Shown piece after piece: positions 63,290 through 64,000 of a stretch of 64,000 nt of DNA (positions are counted from its first letter, which is position 1; each line of letters starts with the position of its first letter). Source of the stretch: Lingula anatina (taxonomy: Eukaryota > Animalia > Brachiopoda); the NCBI GenBank assembly GCA_051362555.1, contig CM120644.1, positions 6,766,954 through 6,830,953 of the forward strand, read 5' to 3'. The notes below the pieces were generated by a model that worked only from the letters and a program-made list of their open reading frames with translations, searched no databases and was not told where the DNA came from. The position numbers and the translations under genes were made by a program.

Positions 63290-64000
63290 TTATTTAGACG
63301 AGCCAATACATAAACAATAGTAAAGAAAATCAGGTGAATCGACCTATATTTTATAAATTTCAAGGTTGTTCTTTTCTCTCAGCAGCGCCTGTATCGTACC
63401 CGTTGACAAAGGTAAAGCTGTCTTCCGCTGACCTCCATTATCAGACTGGCATATTTCAGAATAAAGGATTAGATTCTGGTGGATACTTCATCATACGCAC
63501 CAACAGTTCGCAGTCACAGTTCAGCGGCGCGCGGAAGTCAGTTATGGCTAGTCAACATATCATACATAGTACTGAACATACATACCGGGTAGAACAATCC
63601 TAGCCTTGCTTCTTATTATTTAAAGAACCAAAAATTGACACATTGAAAACGGAATGTTTTGACTGAAATAAATTAGAACAATGACATTTCGCCATTATAT
63701 AAAAGATAAATTCCTAGAATTTAGGCTCTTGGTTGTTTCATAAAGAATATTTTAGGCCGCTTATATCGTTTTCGGTTTTCACATCAACAAATTAGAGCTA
63801 TGTAATCATACCTCACGATACTTGTTATCTATATTTGTTTTATTGCGTGTGGACTTTCTGTGATAACTTATCAAAATGGCAATATCCGTGGTATTTATAA
63901 ATAAGCCTTCATAAGAAAACAGACAAGTTATAAGGCATAGAACATTTTACCTTATACTTGATCTGAAAAATTATAAACACGCAAATCTCTAGCCGTAACA

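Noticed and set aside
63383-63411. 29-nt AG...GT segment in intron 1 of EF gene 2
   Set aside because: In-frame TGA and no EF-hand similarity.
1-64000. tRNA, rRNA or snoRNA genes and autonomous transposase/RT ORFs
   Set aside because: None recognised by eye; tRNAscan-SE, Infernal and BLASTx would be needed to exclude them.

Overview
AT-rich, intron-rich animal genomic DNA. Gene content and repeat types suggest a lophotrochozoan, probably a mollusc (inference only). I reconstructed four genes by hand from GT-AG sites and reading phase. (1) A + strand GALNT1/13-type polypeptide GalNAc-transferase, CDS 10608-27435, 591/593 aa. (2) A convergent - strand SNAP47-like gene, CDS 38314-31507, 438 aa. 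(3) A + strand four-EF-hand calmodulin-like gene, 45644-59537, 144 aa. (4) The first exon of a tandem EF-hand paralog, 61537-61665, which runs off the window. The main result is three tandem-duplicated, apparently mutually exclusive exon pairs; the second lectin exon and both EF-hand exons are absent from the ORF track. GALNT has one pair in the catalytic metal-His/flexible-loop exon (181/181 nt) and one in the lectin beta repeat (135/141 nt, canonical versus degenerate sugar-binding motif), giving a possible 2x2 set of isoenzymes from one gene. The EF-hand gene has two alternative EF-hand-2 exons (95/95 nt). Candidate splicing-control elements flank these pairs. Introns hold many MITEs (one nested in another), a 160-bp tandem-repeat element and microsatellites. 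No transcript data were available, so all splicing claims are predictions.
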